A stretch of 64,000 bases of DNA from positions 15,102 to 79,101 of the forward strand of contig JBBQHF010000002.1 of the NCBI GenBank assembly GCA_038323715.1, in the 5' to 3' direction. The notes below the pieces were generated by a model, which saw only the letters and a program-made list of their open reading frames with translations, was not told the origin of the DNA and did not search any database. This stretch comes from Patescibacteria group bacterium. Its GTDB lineage: Bacteria > Patescibacteriota > Patescibacteriia > Patescibacteriales > UBA12465. Shown piece after piece: positions 29,306 through 38,226 of this stretch. The position numbers were made by a program, and so were the translations under genes. The stretch's first letter is position 1. Every line of letters begins with the position of its first letter.

Positions 29306-30595
29306 ATGTCTAACATTTTTATCTACGATGAATTTAACCCCGAAGATGTTGCAATGATGCAAGCTCTTTACTCCAGAAGCCCAAAAAGCGTTACCGAACA
29401 CGTTGAAAAAGTAAGGCAAAGTGGCTCGGGCAAATTCATGGCAACATTTTACGTTGGCTATGGACATGCTAGCATTGCTGATTGTGGTAGCACCACAATT
29501 TTTATAGAAAATGTGAGTATTATCGCCGACAAGGCAATTCAAGATTGGCAATTGTACAGCGGCCAAGAAACTAGCACCAGGTATATTGATATGGGCAAAC
29601 AAAATATTATTGACCCACTCAATACTCAGGCATCAAAGGATATAATTAATAGTTGGATGAATTTTTATATTAGTAATCAAGAAAGAATTCAAGCCCACTT
29701 GATGACCAAATACCCCAAACAAGAAAGCGAAGATGAAAATGTTTATTTAAAAGCAATTAAAGCCAGGGGATTTGATATTATGCGTGGATTCTTACCCGCT
29801 GGAATCACGACTCAATTAAGTTGGCACACCAATTTACGACAAGCTTGGGATCATCTTGCTCTACTTCGCCACCATCCTCTAACTGAAGTACGAGAAACGG
29901 CTAATAGTATACTGGAAAAATTAAAAGAAAAATACGAACACAGTTTTTCACATGTTCTTAGTGATGAGCAAGAAACATATAGAGACCGTTGCGTAAAAGA
30001 ATATTCCTATTTTGCTCCAACAAATATTGTTGATTTTGAAATGTCTACCACTATCGCGGCTAATGGATTAGAACAATATCAAACCATAATTGATAATCGT
30101 CCACCAAAAATTGGCCTACCAGTATTTATGGGCGATTTGGGCAGCTTCACTTTTGATTTTATTTTAGATTTTGGATCCTTTAGAGATATCCAACGTCACC
30201 GTAACGGAGTCTGTCGCATGCCGCTTCTTACAACCACTCTCGGTTTTCATAATTGGTATTTAGAACAACTGCCGGCCGACTTAAAAAAAGAAGCGTTAGA
30301 GTTAATTGCAACTCAAACCGTTAAATTGGATAAGCTAGAAACTAGTCCAGAAATCAAACAATATTATATTGCCATTGGCTTTAATGTTTCTTGCCAGGTA
30401 ACCTACCCCTTGCCAGCGGCTGTATACGTTACTGAATTACGCTCTAATAAAACCGTGCACCCTTCTTTGAGAAATATAGCTCATAAAATGTACCACGCCA
30501 TATCAGAGGCCTTCCCCAATCTAAAACTACATGCCGATTTAGATATGGACGACTGGGATATTCGTCGCGGCTTAGCAGATATAATAAAAAAATAA
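29306..30595 (+). CDS. Tandem-domain ThyX-like (flavin-dependent thymidylate synthase family) protein with complementary degenerate motifs
   Basis: The N-half has GHASIADCGSTTIFIENVSIIADKAIQDWQLYSGQETSTRY (SxRY kept, RHR lost) and MRGFLPAGITTQLSWHTNLRQAWDHLALLRHH. The C-half has FTFDFILDFGSFRDIQRHRNG (RHR kept, SxRY lost) and VYVTELRSNKTVHPSLRNIA. Confidence 0.65.
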   Translation: MSNIFIYDEFNPEDVAMMQALYSRSPKSVTEHVEKVRQSGSGKFMATFYVGYGHASIADCGSTTIFIENVSIIADKAIQDWQLYSGQETSTRYIDMGKQNIIDPLNTQASKDIINSWMNFYISNQERIQAHLMTKYPKQESEDENVYLKAIKARGFDIMRGFLPAGITTQLSWHTNLRQAWDHLALLRHHPLTEVRETANSILEKLKEKYEHSFSHVLSDEQETYRDRCVKEYSYFAPTNIVDFEMSTTIAANGLEQYQTIIDNRPPKIGLPVFMGDLGSFTFDFILDFGSFRDIQRHRNGVCRMPLLTTTLGFHNWYLEQLPADLKKEALELIATQTVKLDKLETSPEIKQYYIAIGFNVSCQVTYPLPAAVYVTELRSNKTVHPSLRNIAHKMYHAISEAFPNLKLHADLDMDDWDIRRGLADIIKK

Positions 30596-30597
30596 TT

Positions 30598-31152
30598 ATG
30601 CCTAAAATAATTATCGGCCTCGTCGGTCCTATTGCGAGCGGAAAAGATGTTAGTAAAAAATACTTGGAAGAAAAATATAATGCTTCTAGTTATAAATTTT
30701 CAACAGTTTTAAGGGATATGCTTAAAAGATTATATCTCCCAGTAAACCGAGAGAATATGCAAGATCTTTCTTTTGATCTTAGGGGGCGTTTCGGAGGAGA
30801 TATTCTAGCAAAAGTTATTGCTGAGGATGCTAAAAATGACCAAAAGGATATTGTCATAATTGACGGAGTAAGACGCCTTGATGATATAGTTCATTTAAGC
30901 GGGCTGCCTGAATTTAAATTGATAAGCGTCGACGCCAAAATAGATAGTCGCTACGAAAGAACTAAAAGCCGAAATGAGAATTTAGGAGATGATAAAAAAA
31001 CTTTTGCGGAATTTTTAGTTGATTGTAACAAAGAAGCAGAATTAGAAATACCAAAAGTAATGTCAGCAGCGCACTATCAACTTCAAAATGATAGCTCACT
31101 AGAGGATCTTTATGTTAAAATAGACGAAATAATTTCCCAAATAAAAAAATAA
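30598..31152 (+). CDS. P-loop nucleotide/nucleoside-monophosphate kinase-like protein (CoaE / dNMP-kinase-like fold)
   Basis: Walker A IIGLVGPIASGKDV and the IIDGVRRLDDI segment. Its size (184 aa) and its context between the ThyX-like gene and Tmk-Dut also fit. Confidence 0.5.
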   Translation: MPKIIIGLVGPIASGKDVSKKYLEEKYNASSYKFSTVLRDMLKRLYLPVNRENMQDLSFDLRGRFGGDILAKVIAEDAKNDQKDIVIIDGVRRLDDIVHLSGLPEFKLISVDAKIDSRYERTKSRNENLGDDKKTFAEFLVDCNKEAELEIPKVMSAAHYQLQNDSSLEDLYVKIDEIISQIKK

Positions 31153-31156
31153 ACAT

Positions 31157-32503
31157 ATGGAAAATGTATCCGGAAAATTTATCGTAATTGACGGCACCGA
31201 TGGTAGCGGAAAGACTACCCAGCTTAGCTTATTGAAAGATAAGTTAGAGTTTGAAGGATATGCGGTTGAAGTCGCTGATTTCCCCCAGTACAATACGAAG
31301 TCAGCGGGGTTGGTTGAAGAATATCTTTCCGGAAAATATGGCCAAGCAAATGACGTTGACCCATACAAAGCTTCAATCTTTTATGCTGTTGACCGCTTTG
31401 ATGCTAGTTCTAAAATCAAAAGATGGTTACAAGAAGGAAAAGTCGTGTTAGCAAATCGTTATACTAGTGCTAGTCTCGGTCATCAAGGATGTAAAATTGA
31501 TAACCCCCTAGAAAGAAAGGTTTTTTTCAATTGGCTTTACGATTTAGAATATAAAATATTTGAAATACCAAAACCAGATTTAACAATAATTTTACAAGTT
31601 GAGCCAGAAATATCTTTTACTTTAGCTAGAGACAGAGCGCGCGAGGATTGGAAAGGAAAAACTACCGATATTCATGAAAATAATTTTGAGCATTTAAAGA
31701 AGGCGGAACAAACATATTTAGAAATAGCCAATAATCTTCCGGGATTTAGACTAATAAAATGCACCCACAATAACCAAATACTAAGTCGAGAGTCTATCCA
31801 CTTTCTTGTTTGGCTAGCGGCTAGTCAAATAGTAGTGCACCAAGCTAAAATCCGTTCCGGTTTTGAACAGATAGGAAATTTAATGGGTTCCAATCCTCAA
31901 ATAATGAAAAATCGTGATTTGATTTTTAATAATACAGAAAATTCTCAAATAACTAAACCGGAAGAAATAAAACCAGACACAGTCTCAACCGAAGTTAAGA
32001 CCCCCGTGCCAGAAAAAATAATAGCAGAGGTCCCGGCGTCAATATTAAAAACTCCCGAACCAGTTACCCAAAAAATAATTCATAAACTAATAATTGAAAA
32101 GACTTCCCCTGAATCAAAAATTCCGCAGAAAGCTCATGCTGAAGATGCTGGTTATGATTTATATGCCAATGATTATTATTCCATTACTGCTTACGGGCAG
32201 GCCTTAGTTTCTACCGGCATTAAAATGGTCATTCCTAACGGTTTTGCTGGGCTTATTTGGGACAAAAGTGGACTAGCAAACGAAGGGATAACCACGATGG
32301 GGGGAGTAATTGATTCTAATTACCGGGGTGAGATAAAAGTAATTGTTAAAAATTTAAGTGAAGATATATTTAATATTGTTCCTGGTCAAAAAATAGCCCA
32401 AATTATAATCCAAAAAATTTACGAATTAGAGTTGGAGACCGGAAAAGTAGATAACGATACTGAGCGTCAAGCATCCGGATTTGGCAGTTCTGGTAAATTC
32501 TAA
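31157..32503 (+). CDS. Thymidylate kinase - dUTPase fusion protein
   Basis: The N-terminal Tmk has FIVIDGTDGSGKTTQ and LANRYTSAS. A Pro/Lys/Glu-rich linker spans aa ~225-307. The C-terminal Dut has AEDAGYDLYA, GVIDSNYRGEI and RQASGFGSSG. Confidence 0.85.
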   Translation: MENVSGKFIVIDGTDGSGKTTQLSLLKDKLEFEGYAVEVADFPQYNTKSAGLVEEYLSGKYGQANDVDPYKASIFYAVDRFDASSKIKRWLQEGKVVLANRYTSASLGHQGCKIDNPLERKVFFNWLYDLEYKIFEIPKPDLTIILQVEPEISFTLARDRAREDWKGKTTDIHENNFEHLKKAEQTYLEIANNLPGFRLIKCTHNNQILSRESIHFLVWLAASQIVVHQAKIRSGFEQIGNLMGSNPQIMKNRDLIFNNTENSQITKPEEIKPDTVSTEVKTPVPEKIIAEVPASILKTPEPVTQKIIHKLIIEKTSPESKIPQKAHAEDAGYDLYANDYYSITAYGQALVSTGIKMVIPNGFAGLIWDKSGLANEGITTMGGVIDSNYRGEIKVIVKNLSEDIFNIVPGQKIAQIIIQKIYELELETGKVDNDTERQASGFGSSGKF

Positions 32504-32518
32504 ATTAACTTTTAATAT

Positions 32519-34024
32519 ATGAACTATCAAACTATTATTGGTTTAGAAATTCACGCCGAACTAAAAACAAAGAGTAAAATGTTTTGTTCTTGTGATAACG
32601 ACTCTGAAGGCAGGGCCGCTAATACAACCGTCTGCCCTATTTGCCTCGGTCATCCAGGAACGCTTCCCGTCCCCAATAAAAAAGCGATTGAATCAGTTAT
32701 TGCCGTCGGATTAGCATTGAATTGCAAAATAAATCGTTTTTCAAAATTTGATAGAAAAAATTATTTTTACCCCGACCTTCCTAAAGGTTATCAAATTTCC
32801 CAATATGACCAGCCGCTGGCTTTTAATGGATTTTTAGAAATAAAAGACGACAACATATCAATCACCAGGATTCACCTAGAAGAAGACACTGGCAAGTCTT
32901 TTCATCCTAAGGGCGAAGAGTATACCCTGATTGACTTTAATCGCGCTGGGACCCCCTTGATGGAGCTAGTAACCGACCCTGTGATTAAAGATGCTGAGCA
33001 AGCCAAGCTTTTCTGCCAAAAATATCAGCAAATATTACGTTATCTAGATATTAGTGATGCTGACATGGAAAAGGGGCAAATGCGTTGCGAAGCTAATGTT
33101 AGCGTTCAAGTGCCTGGTTCCTTTAAACACAATCAGGGATTAATAAAACCGATTGGGAAACACAAATTAAACAATAAGGTTGAGGTTAAAAATATTAATT
33201 CTTTCCGCGCTTTAGAAAAAGCAATTAATTTTGAAATTAAACGTCAAACCGAACTTCTAGAAAAAGGCGAAGAAATCAAAGGCGAAACTCGAGGATGGGA
33301 TGATAAAAAAAATGAAACGATTAGCCAGCGAGTAAAGGAAAGCTCGTCTGACTATCGCTATTTCCCTGAGCCAGACATTCCGCCCCTAGAAATAGATGGG
33401 GCCTGGCTGGCCGACATAAACGCCAGCTTACCAGAATTACCAGACGCTAAATTAAAACGCTTCGCACGTGAATACGGCCTTAGTAAAGAAATAATAGAAA
33501 TTATAATCAGCGACAAAAAATTAGCTAACTGGAGTGAACAGGTTATTTCTGAGCTAAGTGCCTGGATAGAGGCTAACGGGGACGAAGCAGACAGGCAAGA
33601 CAAGAAACTGGCACAAATTGCCGGCAATTGGATAACGGGGGAGCTTATGAAACACCTGAAGGCTAATAACGAAACTGCAGCTGATTTAAAAATGACGGCA
33701 GAAAATTTTGCGGAATTAGTAGCTCTAATATATCAGGGTAAAATAAATTCATCAGCCGGCCAGACCATTTTAGACTTTATGTATAACCAAGGAGGAGACC
33801 CGAGCGATATAATGCTTAAAATGGGACTAGAACAAATGGATGATGAGGCAGCGCTCGCTAAAACAATTACTAAAGTAATCGCCGAGAACAAAGAACAATC
33901 CGAGCAATATAAACAAGGGAAAACTAATGTTATTCAATTTCTACTAGGAAAAGTCATGGCCAGCACCGGAGGTAAAGCTAACCCCAAAACTACTAAAACG
34001 CTATTAGAAAAATTACTAAAATAA
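32519..34024 (+). CDS. gatB: Asp/Glu-tRNA amidotransferase subunit B
   Basis: MNYQTIIGLEIHAELKTKSKMFCSC, PGTLPVPN, RCEANVSV, and a C-terminal YqeY-like tail. Confidence 0.92.
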   Translation: MNYQTIIGLEIHAELKTKSKMFCSCDNDSEGRAANTTVCPICLGHPGTLPVPNKKAIESVIAVGLALNCKINRFSKFDRKNYFYPDLPKGYQISQYDQPLAFNGFLEIKDDNISITRIHLEEDTGKSFHPKGEEYTLIDFNRAGTPLMELVTDPVIKDAEQAKLFCQKYQQILRYLDISDADMEKGQMRCEANVSVQVPGSFKHNQGLIKPIGKHKLNNKVEVKNINSFRALEKAINFEIKRQTELLEKGEEIKGETRGWDDKKNETISQRVKESSSDYRYFPEPDIPPLEIDGAWLADINASLPELPDAKLKRFAREYGLSKEIIEIIISDKKLANWSEQVISELSAWIEANGDEADRQDKKLAQIAGNWITGELMKHLKANNETAADLKMTAENFAELVALIYQGKINSSAGQTILDFMYNQGGDPSDIMLKMGLEQMDDEAALAKTITKVIAENKEQSEQYKQGKTNVIQFLLGKVMASTGGKANPKTTKTLLEKLLK

Positions 34025-34030
34025 AAAATA

Positions 34031-34060
34031 AAAAACACCTTTCTAATTAGGTGTTTTTTG
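34031..34060. terminator. Bidirectional intrinsic terminator (gatB / miaA)
   Basis: AACACCT-TTCTAATT-AGGTGTT hairpin flanked by A- and T-runs, between convergent genes. Confidence 0.7.
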
Positions 34061-34075
34061 TTTACAAACTATTTA

Positions 34076-35008
34076 TTATTTAAGAAATTGATTTATTTTT
34101 TCTTGGGCACCTTTTAAATCTTTCACCCAGTATATCTTTTGACCCTGATTTTCCCAACGTTTAAACCAAGTTTTTTGTCTTTTGGCAAAACGATAAATAG
34201 CATTGCGGAGTTGCTCAATCATTTCTTCATAAGTTATTTTCTTTTGCAAAAAATAACTTATAAATTTATATTCCAAGCCGAAAGAAATTAAACGCGGGTA
34301 AGAAACCCCTTGAGCCTTTAAGGACTTAACCTCAGTTATCATATCCTCTTTATCAATTCTATGTGCCAGGCGACCAAAAATTTTCTCCCGCATTTTTTCG
34401 TCACTAATATCTACCCCCAATACTAAGAAATCAAATGGGGAAGATTTTTTATTTTGCACTAGCGATCCAGAGTTAATGATTATTTCCAAATATCTCACCA
34501 AACGACGCGGATTATTTTTATCACTATTATTTAACTTAGCCGCAAAATCTGGTTTTATTTTTTCTAAATCAGCAAATAATTCAGAGATAGTTTTTTGTTC
34601 TAATTCGGCCCTTAACTTAGCATCAGCCTTAACGGTTGATAATTCATAATTATCAACTATGGCTTGAATATAAAGACCGGTTCCTCCAACGATTATTGGG
34701 AGCTTCTCTCGCTCCAGCACTTCACAAATAGCGGAAACAGCTAATTTTTGATAACGGGCTAAATTAAATTTTGTCTTAGGAGAAACAATATCTATTAAAT
34801 GATAAGGGATTTGTATTCGGCCCACCTGATATTCTTTTAAGTCTTTTCCGGTGCCGATGTCCATCCCTTTATAAACCTGACGACTATCAGCACTAATGAT
34901 TTCACCATTTAATTCGTTGGCTAAAGACACTCCAAGAGACGTCTTGCCACTAGCGGTTGGACCAAGGATAATAATGACTTTTGGTTTTTTTATTTTTAAC
35001 TCTCCCAT
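34076..35008 (-). CDS. miaA: tRNA dimethylallyltransferase
   Basis: IIILGPTASGKTSLGVSLA and ISADSRQVYKGMDIGTGK. The start is taken at MGELKIK, downstream of the miaB stop. Confidence 0.9.
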   Translation of the reverse strand: MGELKIKKPKVIIILGPTASGKTSLGVSLANELNGEIISADSRQVYKGMDIGTGKDLKEYQVGRIQIPYHLIDIVSPKTKFNLARYQKLAVSAICEVLEREKLPIIVGGTGLYIQAIVDNYELSTVKADAKLRAELEQKTISELFADLEKIKPDFAAKLNNSDKNNPRRLVRYLEIIINSGSLVQNKKSSPFDFLVLGVDISDEKMREKIFGRLAHRIDKEDMITEVKSLKAQGVSYPRLISFGLEYKFISYFLQKKITYEEMIEQLRNAIYRFAKRQKTWFKRWENQGQKIYWVKDLKGAQEKINQFLK

Positions 35009-35024
35009 TATAATATTTCTAATA

Positions 35025-36329
35025 CTAAATAACGATCTTCCCCTCAAAACCATAATTATCAATTTTTTCAATTTTCATATTCACAAACTTTCCCACCAAG
35101 CTCCTTTTGGCTTTTTTATCAGCCAAAATCCTCACAACCTTGAAGCTCCCGGTTTTACCGTAATACTTACCGCGACTATTTAGACCCTCAATTAAAACCT
35201 TTTCAGTTTTTCCTACATATTTGGCATTGCTATCAAGCGCATTTTTCTTTAAAATTACTTCCAGCTCACTTTCTCTGTTCTTTTTCTCCTCCGCACTCAC
35301 ATTATCCTTCATTGAATACGAAACAGTTCCGGGACGAGGACTATATTTAGAAATATAGGCAAAATCAAACTTTAATTTTTTAAAAATTTTGACCGTGTTT
35401 TCAAATTGCTTCTTTGTTTCTCCGGGGAACCCAACAATGACATCCGTCGTAATAGAAATTTCAGGCCTAACCATTCTTAATTTATCCACCAAGCCAATAA
35501 AATGAGCCGATGTATATTTCCTATTCATAGCCTCTAAAATTTTGTCATCACCAGACTGTAGCGCCAGATGAAAATGGGGGCATAATTTTGAAGACGAGGC
35601 GATAACATCAATCAGTTCCTGGCTAACATCCTTAGGATGACTTGAGGAAAAGCGTAACCAAAAATCCCCAGAGATATTATCAATTTTTTTTAAAAGATTG
35701 GGAAAATTTTTATTTTTATCATGATAACTATTAACATTTTGAGCAATTAAAACAATTTCCTGATATCCTTTTTTGATTAAATTTTGAACTTCTGAAATTA
35801 TTTCCGACATTGGACGATAAACTTCTCTACCCCTAGCATAAGGAACGGCGCAATAAGAACAAAAATTATTACAGCCATTACCGATTGGCACGTAAGCACT
35901 AAATTTATTTTGATATTTAGGAATAATTGAGAGATATTTTTCGCCTTGTAGTAAGCGCACCTCATCCAAACTTAATTTAGTCTTGATTCTTCTATTATCC
36001 AATAAATCTAAAATATTAGGCATCTCATTTATAGGCATAAAGATATCAACTTTATCAACCAAACGACCCTTAACATCCTCCCGCTTACTCAAACAGCCAG
36101 TAACCACGATTTTACAAGCTTTATTTTGTTTTTTTATTTGGTGAACCAGCCCATACAATCTATCTTCTGCCGATTGCCTAATACTACAAGTATTAATAAC
36201 TATAAGCGCAGCGGTTTTTAAATTTAAATTTTCTTTAAATTTCCGGCTCTCTAAAAAAGAAGCTAGACGCTCACTGTCTGCTTTATTCATCTGGCAACCA
36301 ATAGTGATAATATTATAATTTTTTTTCAT
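35025..36329 (-). CDS. miaB: Radical-SAM methylthiotransferase, probably tRNA-i6A37 methylthiotransferase MiaB
   Basis: N-terminal UPF0004 cysteines (GCQMN...NTCSIR...TGC), a radical SAM motif (GCNNFCSYCAVPYARG), and a TRAM-like C-terminus. Adjacent to miaA. Confidence 0.8.
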   Translation of the reverse strand: MKKNYNIITIGCQMNKADSERLASFLESRKFKENLNLKTAALIVINTCSIRQSAEDRLYGLVHQIKKQNKACKIVVTGCLSKREDVKGRLVDKVDIFMPINEMPNILDLLDNRRIKTKLSLDEVRLLQGEKYLSIIPKYQNKFSAYVPIGNGCNNFCSYCAVPYARGREVYRPMSEIISEVQNLIKKGYQEIVLIAQNVNSYHDKNKNFPNLLKKIDNISGDFWLRFSSSHPKDVSQELIDVIASSSKLCPHFHLALQSGDDKILEAMNRKYTSAHFIGLVDKLRMVRPEISITTDVIVGFPGETKKQFENTVKIFKKLKFDFAYISKYSPRPGTVSYSMKDNVSAEEKKNRESELEVILKKNALDSNAKYVGKTEKVLIEGLNSRGKYYGKTGSFKVVRILADKKAKRSLVGKFVNMKIEKIDNYGFEGKIVI

Positions 36330-36332
36330 AAT

Positions 36333-38189
36333 TTATTTTTTAATATTTTTCAGACTATCAGCCACAGGCTCCGCTTCAATGGCTTGTTTCAATTTATATA
36401 AACCAAAATTATGATTCATTTTTTTAACCAAGCTCATGGTTAACTTGTAAGGTGGTAATTTTCTTTCATTTAAATAAGTGACATCATCTGAGTTCAAATA
36501 AAAATTATAATAATAGACGGGATAATATTTTACCAATTTTGCGGCCGCAGTTAAAACTTCATCATCAGGGATGGTCCCCATTATTACTCTACGATCGGGA
36601 AAGAAAAATTTATCATAATATCTAGTTATGATGATTGAATCTTGTTCCGTAATATTAAAAACCTGACGCGCATTAGCTTGTTCAGCTAGGTTATTATAAT
36701 ACAAATAGGCCACGCCTTCTTCGGAACCATACAAAACAAATAAAATACCTGAAATGGATATAAACACTACTAAAGCAGCTTGCACTCCAGCGATAGCTAT
36801 TTTTCGCCAACGTTGTTTTACTTCTTGACCGGCTAGAAAAAGAGCGCTGCTAACTCTAGCAATTGCTAAAGAAGCAATTGGAATCATCATTAAGTATATT
36901 GGTAACCAATAACGAGTATACGAATTGCCAATTGTGAATCGATTCGGGTCTGGGTTATCATTAAACTTCCAGCTACCATAATAAAATATCAAAATAACAC
37001 TAATTATTCCAAATACTAAAAAATAGGCTAAATATTTTTTTTGAAACTTTCTAATATTAATAATAGCAATAATAAGTAGCCCCAATAAAAACCCGACGGT
37101 TATGATAGGAAACATCTCTGGGATATAATGTCTGGCCATACTAATTGATTGTCCTGGTTTAAAACCAAAATAAAACACATTACGATATATGGCCTCAAAA
37201 TATTGATTATATTGACCACCGCCACTGACCGCGGTTTTAATTAATTCCGATCCAGTTTTAGATAAATCGTCTATGGAGCGATTCATTTCATTATAACCAC
37301 CATAAATAGGCGCTGAATACAGAACTTGATTAAAATAAGCATTTGGCAACACGGCTAAAAAGAACCCACAAAAAATTAAAACAAGCTTTATAAAACCTAA
37401 ACGCTTAACATAAAATAACCAAGCGATAAACGCCGCTGGCGCAAGCCAAATTATCTCCGAGGATCTAGTTATAAGAGCTAATCCCATAAACCCGCCACCA
37501 ACAAAAGCAGCTAACATTTTTAGCCAAGCCAATAAGCCGATTCTTAAAGTAAAAAATTTTTTATAAAAAGATATCTTGACGGCATCCTCCAATTTATTTA
37601 TTTTATTTCCCGCCGCCAACACTATAAAGTATATTCCAAAAATTGTTAACACTATAAAAAGCACATTATGAAACATACTCCTCATCGAGTAATAGATGTA
37701 AACTGGAAAAAAAGCTAACAAAAAAGCAGAAATTAAGGCCACTCTATCAGAAATAACTTTTTTCACTAAAAGATAAAAAAATATGATACCAAGCGCGGCA
37801 AAAAAGGGCGTTAAAAATGGAATGACGGCAGACCCAAAAATAGAACCAATACTGCCATACATTAAAATAATACCCAAAAAACTAACGGGCTTCAGCCAAC
37901 CAAAATCGCTTCTAACGCTCCTGGGCATAACCATGTTGTCTCCGACAACTGCCGCTGAATCAAAAAATGCCAAATTTTCTCCTTCACTATAACGATTAGC
38001 AAAAAAATAATTTGCAGTTTCATCAGGGGAAGACCATTTAACATAGTCTGGCTGTTGAGTAAAATAATTAAAAGCCGAGGTAAAGACAAAAAAAGTCATC
38101 GCCAATAATACGACTATTACTAAATTTATATGAGTTTTAATCTTTATTTTCATCAATTTAATGTTATCCGAAATTGCCATTTTTAGCAA
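36333..38189 (-). CDS. Large polytopic membrane protein, GT-C (ArnT/PMT-like) glycosyltransferase candidate
   Basis: More than 10 TM helices. The first external loop carries SSPDETANYFFANRY, similar to the acidic xDExxY motif of GT-C enzymes. The start is uncertain (ATGs at 38189, 38180 and 38153). Confidence 0.45.
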   Translation of the reverse strand: MLKMAISDNIKLMKIKIKTHINLVIVVLLAMTFFVFTSAFNYFTQQPDYVKWSSPDETANYFFANRYSEGENLAFFDSAAVVGDNMVMPRSVRSDFGWLKPVSFLGIILMYGSIGSIFGSAVIPFLTPFFAALGIIFFYLLVKKVISDRVALISAFLLAFFPVYIYYSMRSMFHNVLFIVLTIFGIYFIVLAAGNKINKLEDAVKISFYKKFFTLRIGLLAWLKMLAAFVGGGFMGLALITRSSEIIWLAPAAFIAWLFYVKRLGFIKLVLIFCGFFLAVLPNAYFNQVLYSAPIYGGYNEMNRSIDDLSKTGSELIKTAVSGGGQYNQYFEAIYRNVFYFGFKPGQSISMARHYIPEMFPIITVGFLLGLLIIAIINIRKFQKKYLAYFLVFGIISVILIFYYGSWKFNDNPDPNRFTIGNSYTRYWLPIYLMMIPIASLAIARVSSALFLAGQEVKQRWRKIAIAGVQAALVVFISISGILFVLYGSEEGVAYLYYNNLAEQANARQVFNITEQDSIIITRYYDKFFFPDRRVIMGTIPDDEVLTAAAKLVKYYPVYYYNFYLNSDDVTYLNERKLPPYKLTMSLVKKMNHNFGLYKLKQAIEAEPVADSLKNIKK

Positions 38190-38226
38190 GAATTTGCTAT
38201 TATTAAGTTATAACGAAAGTTTAATT

